From positions 2,304,001 through 2,368,000 of the forward strand of contig OY759353.1 in NCBI GenBank assembly GCA_963662315.1: a DNA stretch of 64,000 bases, read 5' to 3'. Positions 43,911 to 53,529 of the stretch are shown here, piece by piece. The translations under genes and the position numbers were made by a program. The notes under the pieces are model-generated. The model ran no database searches. It was not told the DNA's origin and was given only the letters and a program-made list of their open reading frames with translations. Every line of letters starts with the position of its first letter. The stretch's first letter is position 1. This stretch comes from Geopsychrobacteraceae bacterium (GTDB lineage: Bacteria; Desulfobacterota; Desulfuromonadia; Desulfuromonadales; Geopsychrobacteraceae).

Positions 43911-45176
43911 CATGCCGAAGGCATTGCGGTTCTGGCCATCAGGCGCGAATTGAGCCGTCGGCCGGTTGCTGAATTTCTGCCCATTCCCTTGAAGAAACGA
44001 CGCCCGAACATGGATATTTTTTAAAGAGCAGTTTTGGGTTACCTTTTATTGCTCTGGATAAAAGGTAACTCGCCTGCAGGGGCGAAACCCTGCGAAGTTG
44101 TTTTTGACTGTTTGGAATAAAAACCAGGATCAAGACCTCGGGGTCGCGCCCCCGATCGGCGCCTTACTTTTCTCCTGGGCTAGAAAAGTAAGCAAAAGAT
44201 CCCGGAAAGATCAAAATAACTGACGACAGCTGACGCCAACTACGGCTTTCGGAAGCCCAGTAAATTTAAGCGGCAGCCCAAGATGCTTTGCATCTTATGG
44301 GCAAAAGCGTTATTCGTGGATCCAACTGGTTTTATATAAATCTAGTCATGCCGAAGGCATTGCGGTTCTGGCCATTAGGCGTGGTTTTGGCCGTCGGCCG
44401 GTTGCTGAGTTTCTGCCCGTTCCCTTGAAGAAACGACGCCCGAACATGGATATTTTTTAAAGAGCAGTTTTGGGTTACCTTTTATTGCTCTGGATAAAAG
44501 GTAACTCGCCTGCAGGGGCGAAACCCTGCGAAGTTGTTTTTGACTGTTTGGAATAAAAACCAGGATCAAGACCTCGGGGTCGCGCCCCCGATCGGCGCCT
44601 TACTTTTCTCCTGGGCTAGAAAAGTAAGCAAAAGATCCCAGAAAGATCAAAATAACTGACGACAGCTGACGCCAACTACGGCTTTCGGAAGCCCAGTAAA
44701 TTTAAGCGGCAGCCCAAGATGCTTTGCATCTTATGGGCAAAAGCGTTATTCGTGGATCCAACTGGTTTTATATAAATCTAGTCATGCCGAAGGCATTGCG
44801 GTTCTGGCCATCAGGCGCGAATTGAGCCGTCGGCCGGTTGCTGAAGTTCTGCCCGTTCCCTTGAAGAAACGACGCCCGAACATGGATATTTTTTAAAGAG
44901 CAGTTTTGGGTTACCTTTTATTGCTCTGGATAAAAGGTAACTCGCCTGCAGGGGCGAAACCCTGCGAATTTGCTTTTGACTGTTTCTACTAAAAACCAAA
45001 AACAACACCGGCGGGTCCCGGCCCGCCAGCCGGGTTCATTTTTCCCAACGATGGAAAAACGAACCAAAAAGATCTTGGAAAGTCAAAATAGCTGACGAAA
45101 ATTGTGAAAAACTATCGATTATTGTAGCCAGATAGAATTAACCGCCAGCCCACGATACTTCGTATCTAATGGGCAA
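43911..45176. repeat. Tandem array of three ~394-bp structured elements (436-bp period, identical 42-bp linkers)
   Basis: CATGCCGAAGGCAT starts at 43911, 44347 and 44783; ATGGGCAA ends at 44304, 44740 and 45176. The 3' half of copy 3 is diverged but keeps the same length and hairpins. Confidence 0.95.
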
Positions 45177-45261
45177 CGAGCAACAGGAGAATTCTTGGCA
45201 TTAGATGTTCTTCTGTTGCTTGCTACTTACTGCTTAATTTATTCACTATTTAAATTTAGAC

Positions 45262-45780
45262 ATGAACACAGATAACAACTTTATATATCAACCCATCGGC
45301 ATCCTCCACTCTCCCTATACCAACCGCATCGACGCACCACATCAGGCAACGGTGGTAGAAGGGACGGAAACTGGCGAATATGCCATCGCCACATTGCATC
45401 TGGAAGACTGGGTCGACGAACAAGTTCTCCAGGATCTGGACGGCTTTGAGCGGGTGTGGCTGATCTTTGCATTTGACCGCAGCCAAGGGTGGAAAAGCAA
45501 GGTCAAGCCACCACGCGGTGGCCCGAAACGTGGGGTCTTTGCCACCCGCTCCCCACATCGTCCCAATTCAATTGGCTTGTCGGCAGTAGAATTGATCAAA
45601 GTAAAAGGGCGAATTCTTTATCTGAAAGGAGTCGATCTGCTGGATCAGACACCGGTGCTTGATATCAAACCCTATGTTCCTTACGCAGACTCCTTCCCTG
45701 ATGCCAAAGCAGGCTGGATCGATGAGCTAGACGACAAACTGGGGAAACATTCTGCCCCCGGTCCAAGACGACCGCGCTGA
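45262..45780 (+). CDS. trmO: tRNA (t6A37)-N6-methyltransferase TrmO/TsaA
   Basis: PIG...SPY, GVFATRSPHRPNSIGLS, DLLDQTPVLDIKPY. Confidence 0.92.
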   Translation: MNTDNNFIYQPIGILHSPYTNRIDAPHQATVVEGTETGEYAIATLHLEDWVDEQVLQDLDGFERVWLIFAFDRSQGWKSKVKPPRGGPKRGVFATRSPHRPNSIGLSAVELIKVKGRILYLKGVDLLDQTPVLDIKPYVPYADSFPDAKAGWIDELDDKLGKHSAPGPRRPR

Positions 45781-45875
45781 CATTGGCGGATAATTCTTCT
45801 ACAGCAAAAGATCATTCGTCTGCTATTCTACAAGATCAACTGAAAACCAGATAACCCACAAGGGGAAAGAGCGAC

Positions 45876-47498
45876 TTGTTCACCTACGATTCTCACAAAA
45901 AGGAAAAGCCTCTCCAACGCAGCTGGTCACTGACCGATATTGTTGATCTTGAATATTTCATGATCTGTGATGAGCAGCTCCGCGACAGTGAAGGAGAAAT
46001 GGCACTACGTCAGCAGGACCGTACCTTCTATTTTTCCCGCCGACAGGAGTTCGATACCATCGGGGACGCCCCCGGACTGGTGCGCCGCTGGCTTGCCGCG
46101 CGCCGTATGCACTGGTTAAGCTCCCCCAAAGCAGCCCCTCTGCCGGGTAAAATCTGGCAGGAGACTCTTACCATTATCACGTGGGTGACCTTATTTGTCG
46201 GGCTTATCATCGGCAGCGTCACAGCCGCCAGCCTACTCAGCTACAGCGGCACGACAGCGGTCAATGTATCTGGTTATTTTGCCGTACTGATTGGCCTGCA
46301 GCTGCTGCTCTTAACCTTACTGGTGCTTTTCACCTTAGGCCGCAGTATCGGCTCCCGTTGGCTAAGAGCTTCGTTAATCTGCAACCTGCTTGCAGCAGGT
46401 GTAAAAAAAATGTTCATCAGCCTGCTGATGCGCGGCCAGAAACTGACCGATGCTGAAGCGCGGCTTAATTTCCGTAGTGCCCTGGGCAGAGTGAAACTTA
46501 ATCATCAGGAATACGGCAGCCTGTATTTCTGGCCAGCGTTCATATTACTGCAGCTGTTCGGAACCATGTTTAACCTCGGCGCTCTTGCCACCAGTTTTGT
46601 CAAGATCAGCCTTACCGACATTGCCTTTGGCTGGCAATCAACCCTGGCGATAGATCCTTCCCAGCTGGCAGAAGTTATCCAGTATCTGGCCCTCCCCTGG
46701 AGTTGGATTGTGCCTCCAGACTTGGCCTATCCAGGTCTGGCACAGATAGAAGGCAGCCGCATCATTCTTAAAGAGGGGCTGTATCTCCTGGCCACTCAAG
46801 ACCTGGTATCCTGGTGGCCATTTTTGCTGCTGGGAGTTATAACCTATGGTTTTCTGCCCCGCCTCATCCTGTTGATTTTTGGCATAGTCCGGATTAAAGC
46901 CAACCTCAAACAGTTGCGTTTTGACAGCGCGCGTTTCCGCCAGTTGCAGCACCGCATGCTCAGCCCCATTTTAGAAACCCAGCATGCCGGTACGGGGCAG
47001 GTTTCAGCAGCATATCCACAGCACCAGACGACCGATCAGACCGACACCATTGCAGGGGGAAGTGCTATTCCCAATGGCGCAAAGTTATTGCTGATTCCGG
47101 ATGAACTTTATGATGAGGTAAATACAGCGCAGCTACAGCAGCAGCTCACCCTCCATGAGGGGGCAGGCCCCTATTACCCGCTACGCAGTGGTGCGTTGGG
47201 GCAAAGTGAAGAGGATCTTTACATCCAGATTGCTCAAACGCTGCATGAGACTCCCTGCACAGGAATTATTCTGCTTCAGGAAGCTTGGCAGCCACCACTG
47301 CGCGAACTACTGACGCTGCTCAGGCGTATTCGCCATGAACTGCCACGCCACTATCCCCTGTCGATTGCCCTGATTGGCAAACCTCACAAAGAACTGCTGC
47401 TGACCCCAACTAAAGGAGCGGACCTGAATCTGTGGCGTAAGACCATGCAGACCCTGGCAGACCCGTATCTGGCCCTTTATCCATTGGTTGACAAATGA
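45876..47498 (+). CDS. DUF2868-like multi-pass membrane protein
   Basis: Several TM segments, AFGWQSTL, ALPWSW, WWPFL...YGFLPR motifs; paired with the downstream GTPase. Confidence 0.75.
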   Translation: MFTYDSHKKEKPLQRSWSLTDIVDLEYFMICDEQLRDSEGEMALRQQDRTFYFSRRQEFDTIGDAPGLVRRWLAARRMHWLSSPKAAPLPGKIWQETLTIITWVTLFVGLIIGSVTAASLLSYSGTTAVNVSGYFAVLIGLQLLLLTLLVLFTLGRSIGSRWLRASLICNLLAAGVKKMFISLLMRGQKLTDAEARLNFRSALGRVKLNHQEYGSLYFWPAFILLQLFGTMFNLGALATSFVKISLTDIAFGWQSTLAIDPSQLAEVIQYLALPWSWIVPPDLAYPGLAQIEGSRIILKEGLYLLATQDLVSWWPFLLLGVITYGFLPRLILLIFGIVRIKANLKQLRFDSARFRQLQHRMLSPILETQHAGTGQVSAAYPQHQTTDQTDTIAGGSAIPNGAKLLLIPDELYDEVNTAQLQQQLTLHEGAGPYYPLRSGALGQSEEDLYIQIAQTLHETPCTGIILLQEAWQPPLRELLTLLRRIRHELPRHYPLSIALIGKPHKELLLTPTKGADLNLWRKTMQTLADPYLALYPLVDK

Positions 47499-48904
47499 TG
47501 CGCATTCCCAGCTTTGCCATTATCGGCCACCCGAACGAAGGCAAATCCTCGGTCCTGTCAACATTGGCAGAGGATGACAGTGTGCGGATCAGCCCGGTTC
47601 CGGGTGAGACAACCCATTGTCAGCTGTTCCCGGTGGTCATTGATGGCCAGGAGGTGATGCACTTTATCGACACCCCCGGGTTTCAGAATCCACGCCAGAC
47701 CCTGGCCTGGATGCAAAACTATCAGGGTCCTGACGGCAAACAGCTCAGCACCTTTCTGGCTGAGCACCACAACCAGCCGGATTTCCACGATGATTGTGAA
47801 TTACTGAGACCGGTTGCCGATGGTGCCGGAATCATTTTTGTTGTTGATGGTTCCAGACCGGTGCGCAATGTTGACCGTGCGGAGATGGAAATTCTGCGCC
47901 TGACAGGCGCACCACGCATGGCGGTTATCAATAACAAGGAAGATGACACGGACTTCGTCAGCGACTGGCACAGCGCCTTTCGCAAACATTTTAATGCGAT
48001 TCGTATCTTTAATTCCTGCCGGGCCAATTACATCGAGCGCATTGAATTACTGGAGAGCCTGAAAAGTATCGACCAACAGCTGGAACCGCTACTGCGCCAG
48101 GTCATAGCCGTTTTCCAAAAGGACTGGCAACTGCGTACTGAGCGCAGTGCCCAGTTGATTGTCGACCTGGTCTGTGATGCTCTTAAGCATAAAGAAGCGC
48201 TGACCGTTCAGGAACCGTATAATGAAGAGGGCCTCCATGCGCGCCTGCTGCAGCGTTATCAGCAGGCGCTCAGTGCTAAAGAACAGCAGGCTTACGCCGC
48301 TATCCGTAAATTGTTTAAACACAACATCTTTAATGTGCAATTGCCGGAGCACTCCATTCTTAAAGAGGATCTGTTCAGCAATCGCACCTGGGAATTTCTT
48401 GGTCTTTCCAAGGGGCAGCTGATCACCGCCGGAACTCTAAGTGGTGCTGTTGTTGGTGGCGGAATTGATGCCATGGTCGGCGGTGCATCCTTCGGAGTCG
48501 GTGCAGCTATTGGTGGCATGGTGGGTGCTGCCGGAACCATTCTTAAAGGAAAACGACTGCTCGACAAGGTTAAGCTTTTCGGCCAAAAAATCGGGGGCGA
48601 GCAACTGCAGATTGGTCCGGCCAACAATATCCAGCTCATGTATATCCTCATCGATCGCAGCCTGTTGTTTTACAGCCATATTATCAACTGGGCCCATGGT
48701 CGCCGTGATTATGCTCAACACCACAGCCTGACCACAGCGGCCACGAGCGAAGGATTTACGGCTCTTTGGAGCAATGATGCGCGCCGCTGTGCAGAAGACC
48801 TGTTCAGAGCGCTGCAGAAAGAGGATGAAATCAAGCGGGCCACAGCTCAAAACAGATTTCGGGACATGCTGATTTCGCAATTGACGCAGTTGGCTCAGCG
48901 TTAA
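47495..48904 (+). CDS. P-loop GTPase with DUF3482-like C-terminal domain
   Basis: GHPNEGKSSVLSTL (G1), DTPG (G3), Gly/Ala-rich hydrophobic hairpin GAVVGGGIDAMVGGASFGVGAAIGG; ATGA overlap with the upstream gene. Confidence 0.82.
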   Translation: MMRIPSFAIIGHPNEGKSSVLSTLAEDDSVRISPVPGETTHCQLFPVVIDGQEVMHFIDTPGFQNPRQTLAWMQNYQGPDGKQLSTFLAEHHNQPDFHDDCELLRPVADGAGIIFVVDGSRPVRNVDRAEMEILRLTGAPRMAVINNKEDDTDFVSDWHSAFRKHFNAIRIFNSCRANYIERIELLESLKSIDQQLEPLLRQVIAVFQKDWQLRTERSAQLIVDLVCDALKHKEALTVQEPYNEEGLHARLLQRYQQALSAKEQQAYAAIRKLFKHNIFNVQLPEHSILKEDLFSNRTWEFLGLSKGQLITAGTLSGAVVGGGIDAMVGGASFGVGAAIGGMVGAAGTILKGKRLLDKVKLFGQKIGGEQLQIGPANNIQLMYILIDRSLLFYSHIINWAHGRRDYAQHHSLTTAATSEGFTALWSNDARRCAEDLFRALQKEDEIKRATAQNRFRDMLISQLTQLAQR

Positions 48905-48995
48905 CCGACCCGGTTTTTACGTTTTTGTCATGATGCAACAACGCCCCGCCTGAATGAATCAGACAGGGCGCTTTCAACCGCAGCAGTGCTGTTGG

Positions 48996-50009
48996 TCAGT
49001 CCTGTTTCCAGGAAATACTGTATTTAAAGGTTGTCGGATCCAGCCAGTCAAGGGTTTGCCCCCCAACCTGAGCAAATGGATACATCAGGTAGTTGACAGC
49101 CTCCCCCTGCTGAACAGGATTGAGCTTCAGATCGCGCCCTTCACTCAAGCGAATGCGGTACTGGTCAACCGCGCCCCAGTAATAGTCACGCAGCTCTTTA
49201 ACTTTTTGATCATCCAGCTTCAATTTCTGCACCAGCATTGCTTTGCGAACGTCGGCAGGATCAACCGGCACCCAACCGTAGCCGGGCAGATAGAACTCGG
49301 CCCAGCAATGCTGCCAGGTTGAGACATCCTGATCCTTCCCTTTACCGGTCCGGATCCCCAGCACCTCACGAGTAGGAACTCCGGCCGCGCGTGCCAAGGC
49401 AATGTAGATGGAACTGATATCGGCACACTTGCCACCAGGGCGACGCAGCAGCGCGGTGACGTCCCCAAGCCCACAGCCGCGGGTTTCGGGATCACGAAAA
49501 GTATTTTCCACCGTCCAGTCGTAAATCGCCCTGGCCTTGGCCAGCACACCCACTTTCCCAGCAGTAATCTGATCTGCCAGAACTTTCACCCCGCCATCAA
49601 TCGGGCCATAGGTTGTTGCCGCCAGGTAAACGGCCAGTTCCTTAGCGTTTAAAGTTCCTTCCTGAGCAGGAAAATCGCGCCGGACCTGCTCTTTGCGATC
49701 CGCATGAAAATAAAAGGTCAGCTTACGCTCTTTCACTCCTGCCGGCCAGGCTACGTAAAGCATTGGCGTACTGAAGATTTGATCAGTATATACGCCAGCT
49801 TCGCGGTAGTTCCCCTGATAACCGATATGGGTAATGGTTTGAACTGCATCAGTCTCTGGATATGGAATCCACAGCCGGGTCTCGTGATTATCTGGCTGAT
49901 CTGACAGGTCAAATGTCCACGTATAGGTCCCGGACTGAATGCCGGCAAATGCCGGCATCGCCATTAATATACAAAATATGCAGCTTAAAATTAGAATATA
50001 ACGTTTCAT
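48996..50009 (-). CDS. Exported transglutaminase-like protein
   Basis: Signal peptide; GKCADIS, HCWAEFY, WVPVDPAD (Cys-His-Asp triad). Confidence 0.9.
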   Translation of the reverse strand: MKRYILILSCIFCILMAMPAFAGIQSGTYTWTFDLSDQPDNHETRLWIPYPETDAVQTITHIGYQGNYREAGVYTDQIFSTPMLYVAWPAGVKERKLTFYFHADRKEQVRRDFPAQEGTLNAKELAVYLAATTYGPIDGGVKVLADQITAGKVGVLAKARAIYDWTVENTFRDPETRGCGLGDVTALLRRPGGKCADISSIYIALARAAGVPTREVLGIRTGKGKDQDVSTWQHCWAEFYLPGYGWVPVDPADVRKAMLVQKLKLDDQKVKELRDYYWGAVDQYRIRLSEGRDLKLNPVQQGEAVNYLMYPFAQVGGQTLDWLDPTTFKYSISWKQD

Positions 50010-50240
50010 GAGCTATTTCCTTGATTAAATACTTATTATTGACGAGACCGCTAAAGTAGTTGAACAACCTTTCTCTAGTCAACAACTAAGTATTATTTTT
50101 TCAGATAGCCATGATCATTATTTACCATACGCCAAGAAGATAGGTTGTCTGCCGAGTTCGTGAAATATACGGGGAGAGTCTGATAATAAGCCAACCGGCG
50201 CTTAAAACCGGCTGGCTCCAGGTTGTCGCTCGTTTTACTG

Positions 50241-50891
50241 CTACTTGATGCGCGTTTTCAATTCATCCACATACTTCGTCACGGACTGTTTAATAATTTC
50301 CATCCAGTTTCCTTCAGAAGCGATCTGATAATTTCCTTCGGCATGGACTTCGACACGTTCCGATTGTGTGCTCATTGATCTGAATTCGAGCTCAGTGGCT
50401 ATATCGGAGGAAAGTGTCAGAGCCCAGAACCCAGGAGTCATATAAGCCCAGAATTTCGTTATTTCAGCCGTTACCATGACTGTCGTTTTCTCACTTGCAA
50501 CACAACTATCCAGAACCAGATACCCTTTTTCAGCAAATGCCTTGCTGATGGCGTCGGTCATCACCGTTTCAACCGTTTGTCCTTCCTGCAAAAGAATATC
50601 ACCGAGCGCCTTACCATACGTGTTCCGCTTTCTGGCAATAGCCCTTTTCTTGAGATCATCGCTGACCTGATCGGAGCCTCCAAAACCTAACGATGGAATA
50701 TCCTGAGTTTTAGGGTTACTCTCGAAGACACGCATATCTGTGACCGAATGAATGCAAACAGTCTGCCCCGTTTGCGGAACACCTGGCGTGACCTCGGGAA
50801 CTGACAGGGAAACAATACCGCGATTTGTCGCACAACCAGAAAGAGATATAAGAGCTACAACCATCAATAAACCTAACATTTTAGCTTTCAT
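50241..50891 (-). CDS. Hypothetical lipoprotein (YajG-like)
   Basis: Lipobox LSG-C; V.D.R.F motif, ARKRNTYGKALGD. Confidence 0.7.
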   Translation of the reverse strand: MKAKMLGLLMVVALISLSGCATNRGIVSLSVPEVTPGVPQTGQTVCIHSVTDMRVFESNPKTQDIPSLGFGGSDQVSDDLKKRAIARKRNTYGKALGDILLQEGQTVETVMTDAISKAFAEKGYLVLDSCVASEKTTVMVTAEITKFWAYMTPGFWALTLSSDIATELEFRSMSTQSERVEVHAEGNYQIASEGNWMEIIKQSVTKYVDELKTRIK

Positions 50892-51135
50892 ATTTCCTCC
50901 TCTGTCGTTTTATAAAGCGCAGGATCAGCGTTTTTAGGAAACACACCAACGTAATTTCAGGACGATCTGATTTAAAATTATCATGCCCCAAAAAACATTC
51001 AATATCAGTCACATAATTATTTAATTTTAAGGACATAGAGCAATTCCAAAGGCTACATTCTGCGATTTTCTCGCACATCTGGAACCAACCATCCGTTCAA
51101 CGCGATTACAAATATTATCGTCTCTTTCTTGGCCA

Positions 51136-51168
51136 ATAGTTGACTATTTTGGTGATGAATTGCATAAT
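51136..51168 (+). promoter_or_regulatory. Sigma70-like promoter with an overlapping IscR/Rrf2-type operator upstream of sufB
   Basis: TTGACT(51140)-17 nt-CATAAT(51163). ATAGTTGACTATTTTGGTGATGAAT resembles the IscR type-1 motif, with a strong first half-site. Confidence 0.6.
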
Positions 51169-51303
51169 CAAAGACACATTGATCACTCTGATAAGATTCA
51201 ATCTTTTACTTCGAACGCTGAGAACAATTGTGCAGCAACACATATAAACACCAGGTACAGCATGATGGCTTGCCTGTCGCAAGCTGTGCCAGTTGAGGAA
51301 ATT

Positions 51304-52740
51304 ATGTCTGAACAAATTGATAAATTTCTGGAAAAAGAATACCAGGCCGGTTTCATTACCAGCATTGAGTCCGACACCTTACCCCCAGGCTTGAATGAAG
51401 ATGTCATCCGCTATATCTCCACCCGCAAAAAAGAACCGGAGTGGTTGCTTGAATGGCGGCTGGAAGCGTTTCATATCTGGGAAGAAAAGATGCTTCCGCT
51501 ATGGGCTCATTTGAAATTGCCCCACATCGACTTTCAGAAGGTCTCCTACTTTTCTGCGCCCAAAAATATGAGCGACAAACCGAAAAGTCTGGATGAGGTC
51601 GATCCTGAAGTGCTGGCGACCTATGAGAAGCTGGGCATCCCCCTTCTGGAGCAAAAGAATCTGCAAGGAATTGCCGTTGACGCTGTTTTTGATTCGGTAT
51701 CCGTGGCGACAACCTATCGTGACAAACTGATGGAAGTCGGAGTCGTTTTCATGCCGATCAGTGAAGCGGTTCACGAGTACCCGGAGCTGGTCAAAAAATA
51801 TCTGGGGTCAGTGGTCCCGAAGCAGGATAACTTCTTTGCGGCACTAAACAGTGCGGTCTTCAGTGACGGATCGTTCGTCTATATCCCCAAAGGGGTCGAC
51901 TGCCCCATGGAGTTGAGTTCCTATTTCCGCATTAACGAAGCCAACACCGGCCAGTTCGAGCGCACCCTTATTATTGCCGAAGAAGGGAGCAAGGTCAGCT
52001 ACCTGGAAGGCTGCACCGCGCCGATGCGCGACGAAAACCAGCTGCATGCCGCCGTCGTCGAACTGATCGCCCTGGATAACGCCAATATTAAATATTCAAC
52101 CGTTCAGAACTGGTACCCCGGCAACAAGGAAGGCAAAGGCGGTATCTACAATTTTGTCACCAAGCGTGGCCTGGCTCACACCAACGCAAAAATCTCCTGG
52201 ACTCAGGTTGAGACCGGTTCGGCTATCACCTGGAAATATCCGAGCTGTATTCTGAAAGGGGACAACAGTGTTGGCGAATTTTATTCGGTTGCCGTCACCA
52301 ACAATTACCAGCAGGCCGATACCGGCACAAAAATGATTCATCTGGGCAAAAATACTAAATCAACAATTATCTCCAAAGGGATCTCCGCCGGTAAAAGCCA
52401 AAACGCTTATCGCGGCCTGGTACGCATGAGCAAAAATGCCAAAGGAGCGCGCAACTTCAGTCAGTGCGACTCGCTGTTGATCGGCGACCGCTGCGGGGCC
52501 CATACCTTCCCTTACATTGAAGGACACAATCCCAGTGCTATTGTAGAGCATGAGGCCACCACCTCCAAAGTCAGTGATGACCAGCTGTTTCTCTGTCAGC
52601 AACGGGGTATTGACCCGGAAAAAGCCGTGTCAATGATTGTGAACGGTTTCTGTAAAGACGTATTTAAAAAATTACCGATGGAATTTGCCGCTGAAGCGGG
52701 CAAATTGCTGGAAGTTAGTCTGGAAGGTTCCGTTGGTTAA
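51304..52740 (+). CDS. sufB: Fe-S cluster assembly protein SufB
   Basis: [51 protein letters not shown]; start ATG51304 after GAGG. Confidence 0.98.
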   Translation: MSEQIDKFLEKEYQAGFITSIESDTLPPGLNEDVIRYISTRKKEPEWLLEWRLEAFHIWEEKMLPLWAHLKLPHIDFQKVSYFSAPKNMSDKPKSLDEVDPEVLATYEKLGIPLLEQKNLQGIAVDAVFDSVSVATTYRDKLMEVGVVFMPISEAVHEYPELVKKYLGSVVPKQDNFFAALNSAVFSDGSFVYIPKGVDCPMELSSYFRINEANTGQFERTLIIAEEGSKVSYLEGCTAPMRDENQLHAAVVELIALDNANIKYSTVQNWYPGNKEGKGGIYNFVTKRGLAHTNAKISWTQVETGSAITWKYPSCILKGDNSVGEFYSVAVTNNYQQADTGTKMIHLGKNTKSTIISKGISAGKSQNAYRGLVRMSKNAKGARNFSQCDSLLIGDRCGAHTFPYIEGHNPSAIVEHEATTSKVSDDQLFLCQQRGIDPEKAVSMIVNGFCKDVFKKLPMEFAAEAGKLLEVSLEGSVG

Positions 52741-52785
52741 GCGGATGTTTTTCCAGAACATATAAATCTAAAAAGGACATTTTTC

Positions 52786-53526
52786 ATGCTTTCGATAAAA
52801 AATCTACACGCGAAAATTGGTGATAAACAGATCATCAACGGTCTTAATCTCGAAATCGGGCCGGGTGAAATCCATGCCATCATGGGCCCTAACGGTGCCG
52901 GGAAAAGCACCCTGGGCTATGTTATCTCGGGTCGTGATGGTTACGACGTCACAGAGGGAGAGATTCTTCTCGAAGGATCCTCACTGCTTGATATGGAGCC
53001 TGAGGAAAGAGCCCAAGCCGGGGTATTCCTGGCCTTTCAGGCACCGATCGAGATTCCCGGCGTCTCCAACCTCGAATTCATGAAGGCTTCCGTCGACGCC
53101 CACCGCAAAGCTAAAGGGCTCGAGGCCATGGACAGTGTCACCTTCATGATGCTGGCCAGGGAAAAATGCAAAACGGTCAACCTGAATCCCGACTTTCTCA
53201 AACGGGGGGTCAACGAGGGCTTTTCCGGTGGCGAGAAAAAGCGTAATGAATTGCTGCAACTGATGCTGCTGGAACCGAAACTGGTTATTCTTGATGAAAC
53301 TGATTCAGGGCTTGATATCGACGCCCTGCAGGTGGTTGCCGATGGGGTTAATTCGCAACGCGATCCACAGCGCTCCTTTATCGTGATTACCCACTACCAG
53401 CGTCTGCTTGATTACATTGTCCCCGATTACGTTCATGTCTTTTCAAAAGGACAGATTGTCCGTTCCGGTGGCAAAGAACTGGCCCTTGAGCTTGAACAAA
53501 AAGGCTACGGCTGGATTGCCGAATAA
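52786..53526 (+). CDS. sufC: Fe-S cluster assembly ATPase SufC
   Basis: MGPNGAGKST, NEGFSGGEKKRNE, LDETDSGLDIDAL, ITHYQRLL. Confidence 0.98.
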   Translation: MLSIKNLHAKIGDKQIINGLNLEIGPGEIHAIMGPNGAGKSTLGYVISGRDGYDVTEGEILLEGSSLLDMEPEERAQAGVFLAFQAPIEIPGVSNLEFMKASVDAHRKAKGLEAMDSVTFMMLAREKCKTVNLNPDFLKRGVNEGFSGGEKKRNELLQLMLLEPKLVILDETDSGLDIDALQVVADGVNSQRDPQRSFIVITHYQRLLDYIVPDYVHVFSKGQIVRSGGKELALELEQKGYGWIAE

Positions 53527-53529
53527 AGG

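Noticed and set aside
43939..45008. Three 64-65-aa minus-strand ORFs in the array, and ORFs at 62214-62471
   Set aside because: By-products of the repeat: non-ATG starts, no clear RBS, and substitutions that track base-pairing rather than codons. A small peptide cannot be fully excluded.
43911..45176. CRISPR array interpretation of the tandem repeat
   Set aside because: Units are ~394 bp, the linkers are identical rather than unique spacers, and there are no cas genes.
51160..51303. N-terminal extension of SufB in the ORF track (likewise for recX, hslV, argB, argH, tolC, prpF)
   Set aside because: Overlaps promoter or intergenic DNA; downstream starts have better RBS and family-typical N-termini.
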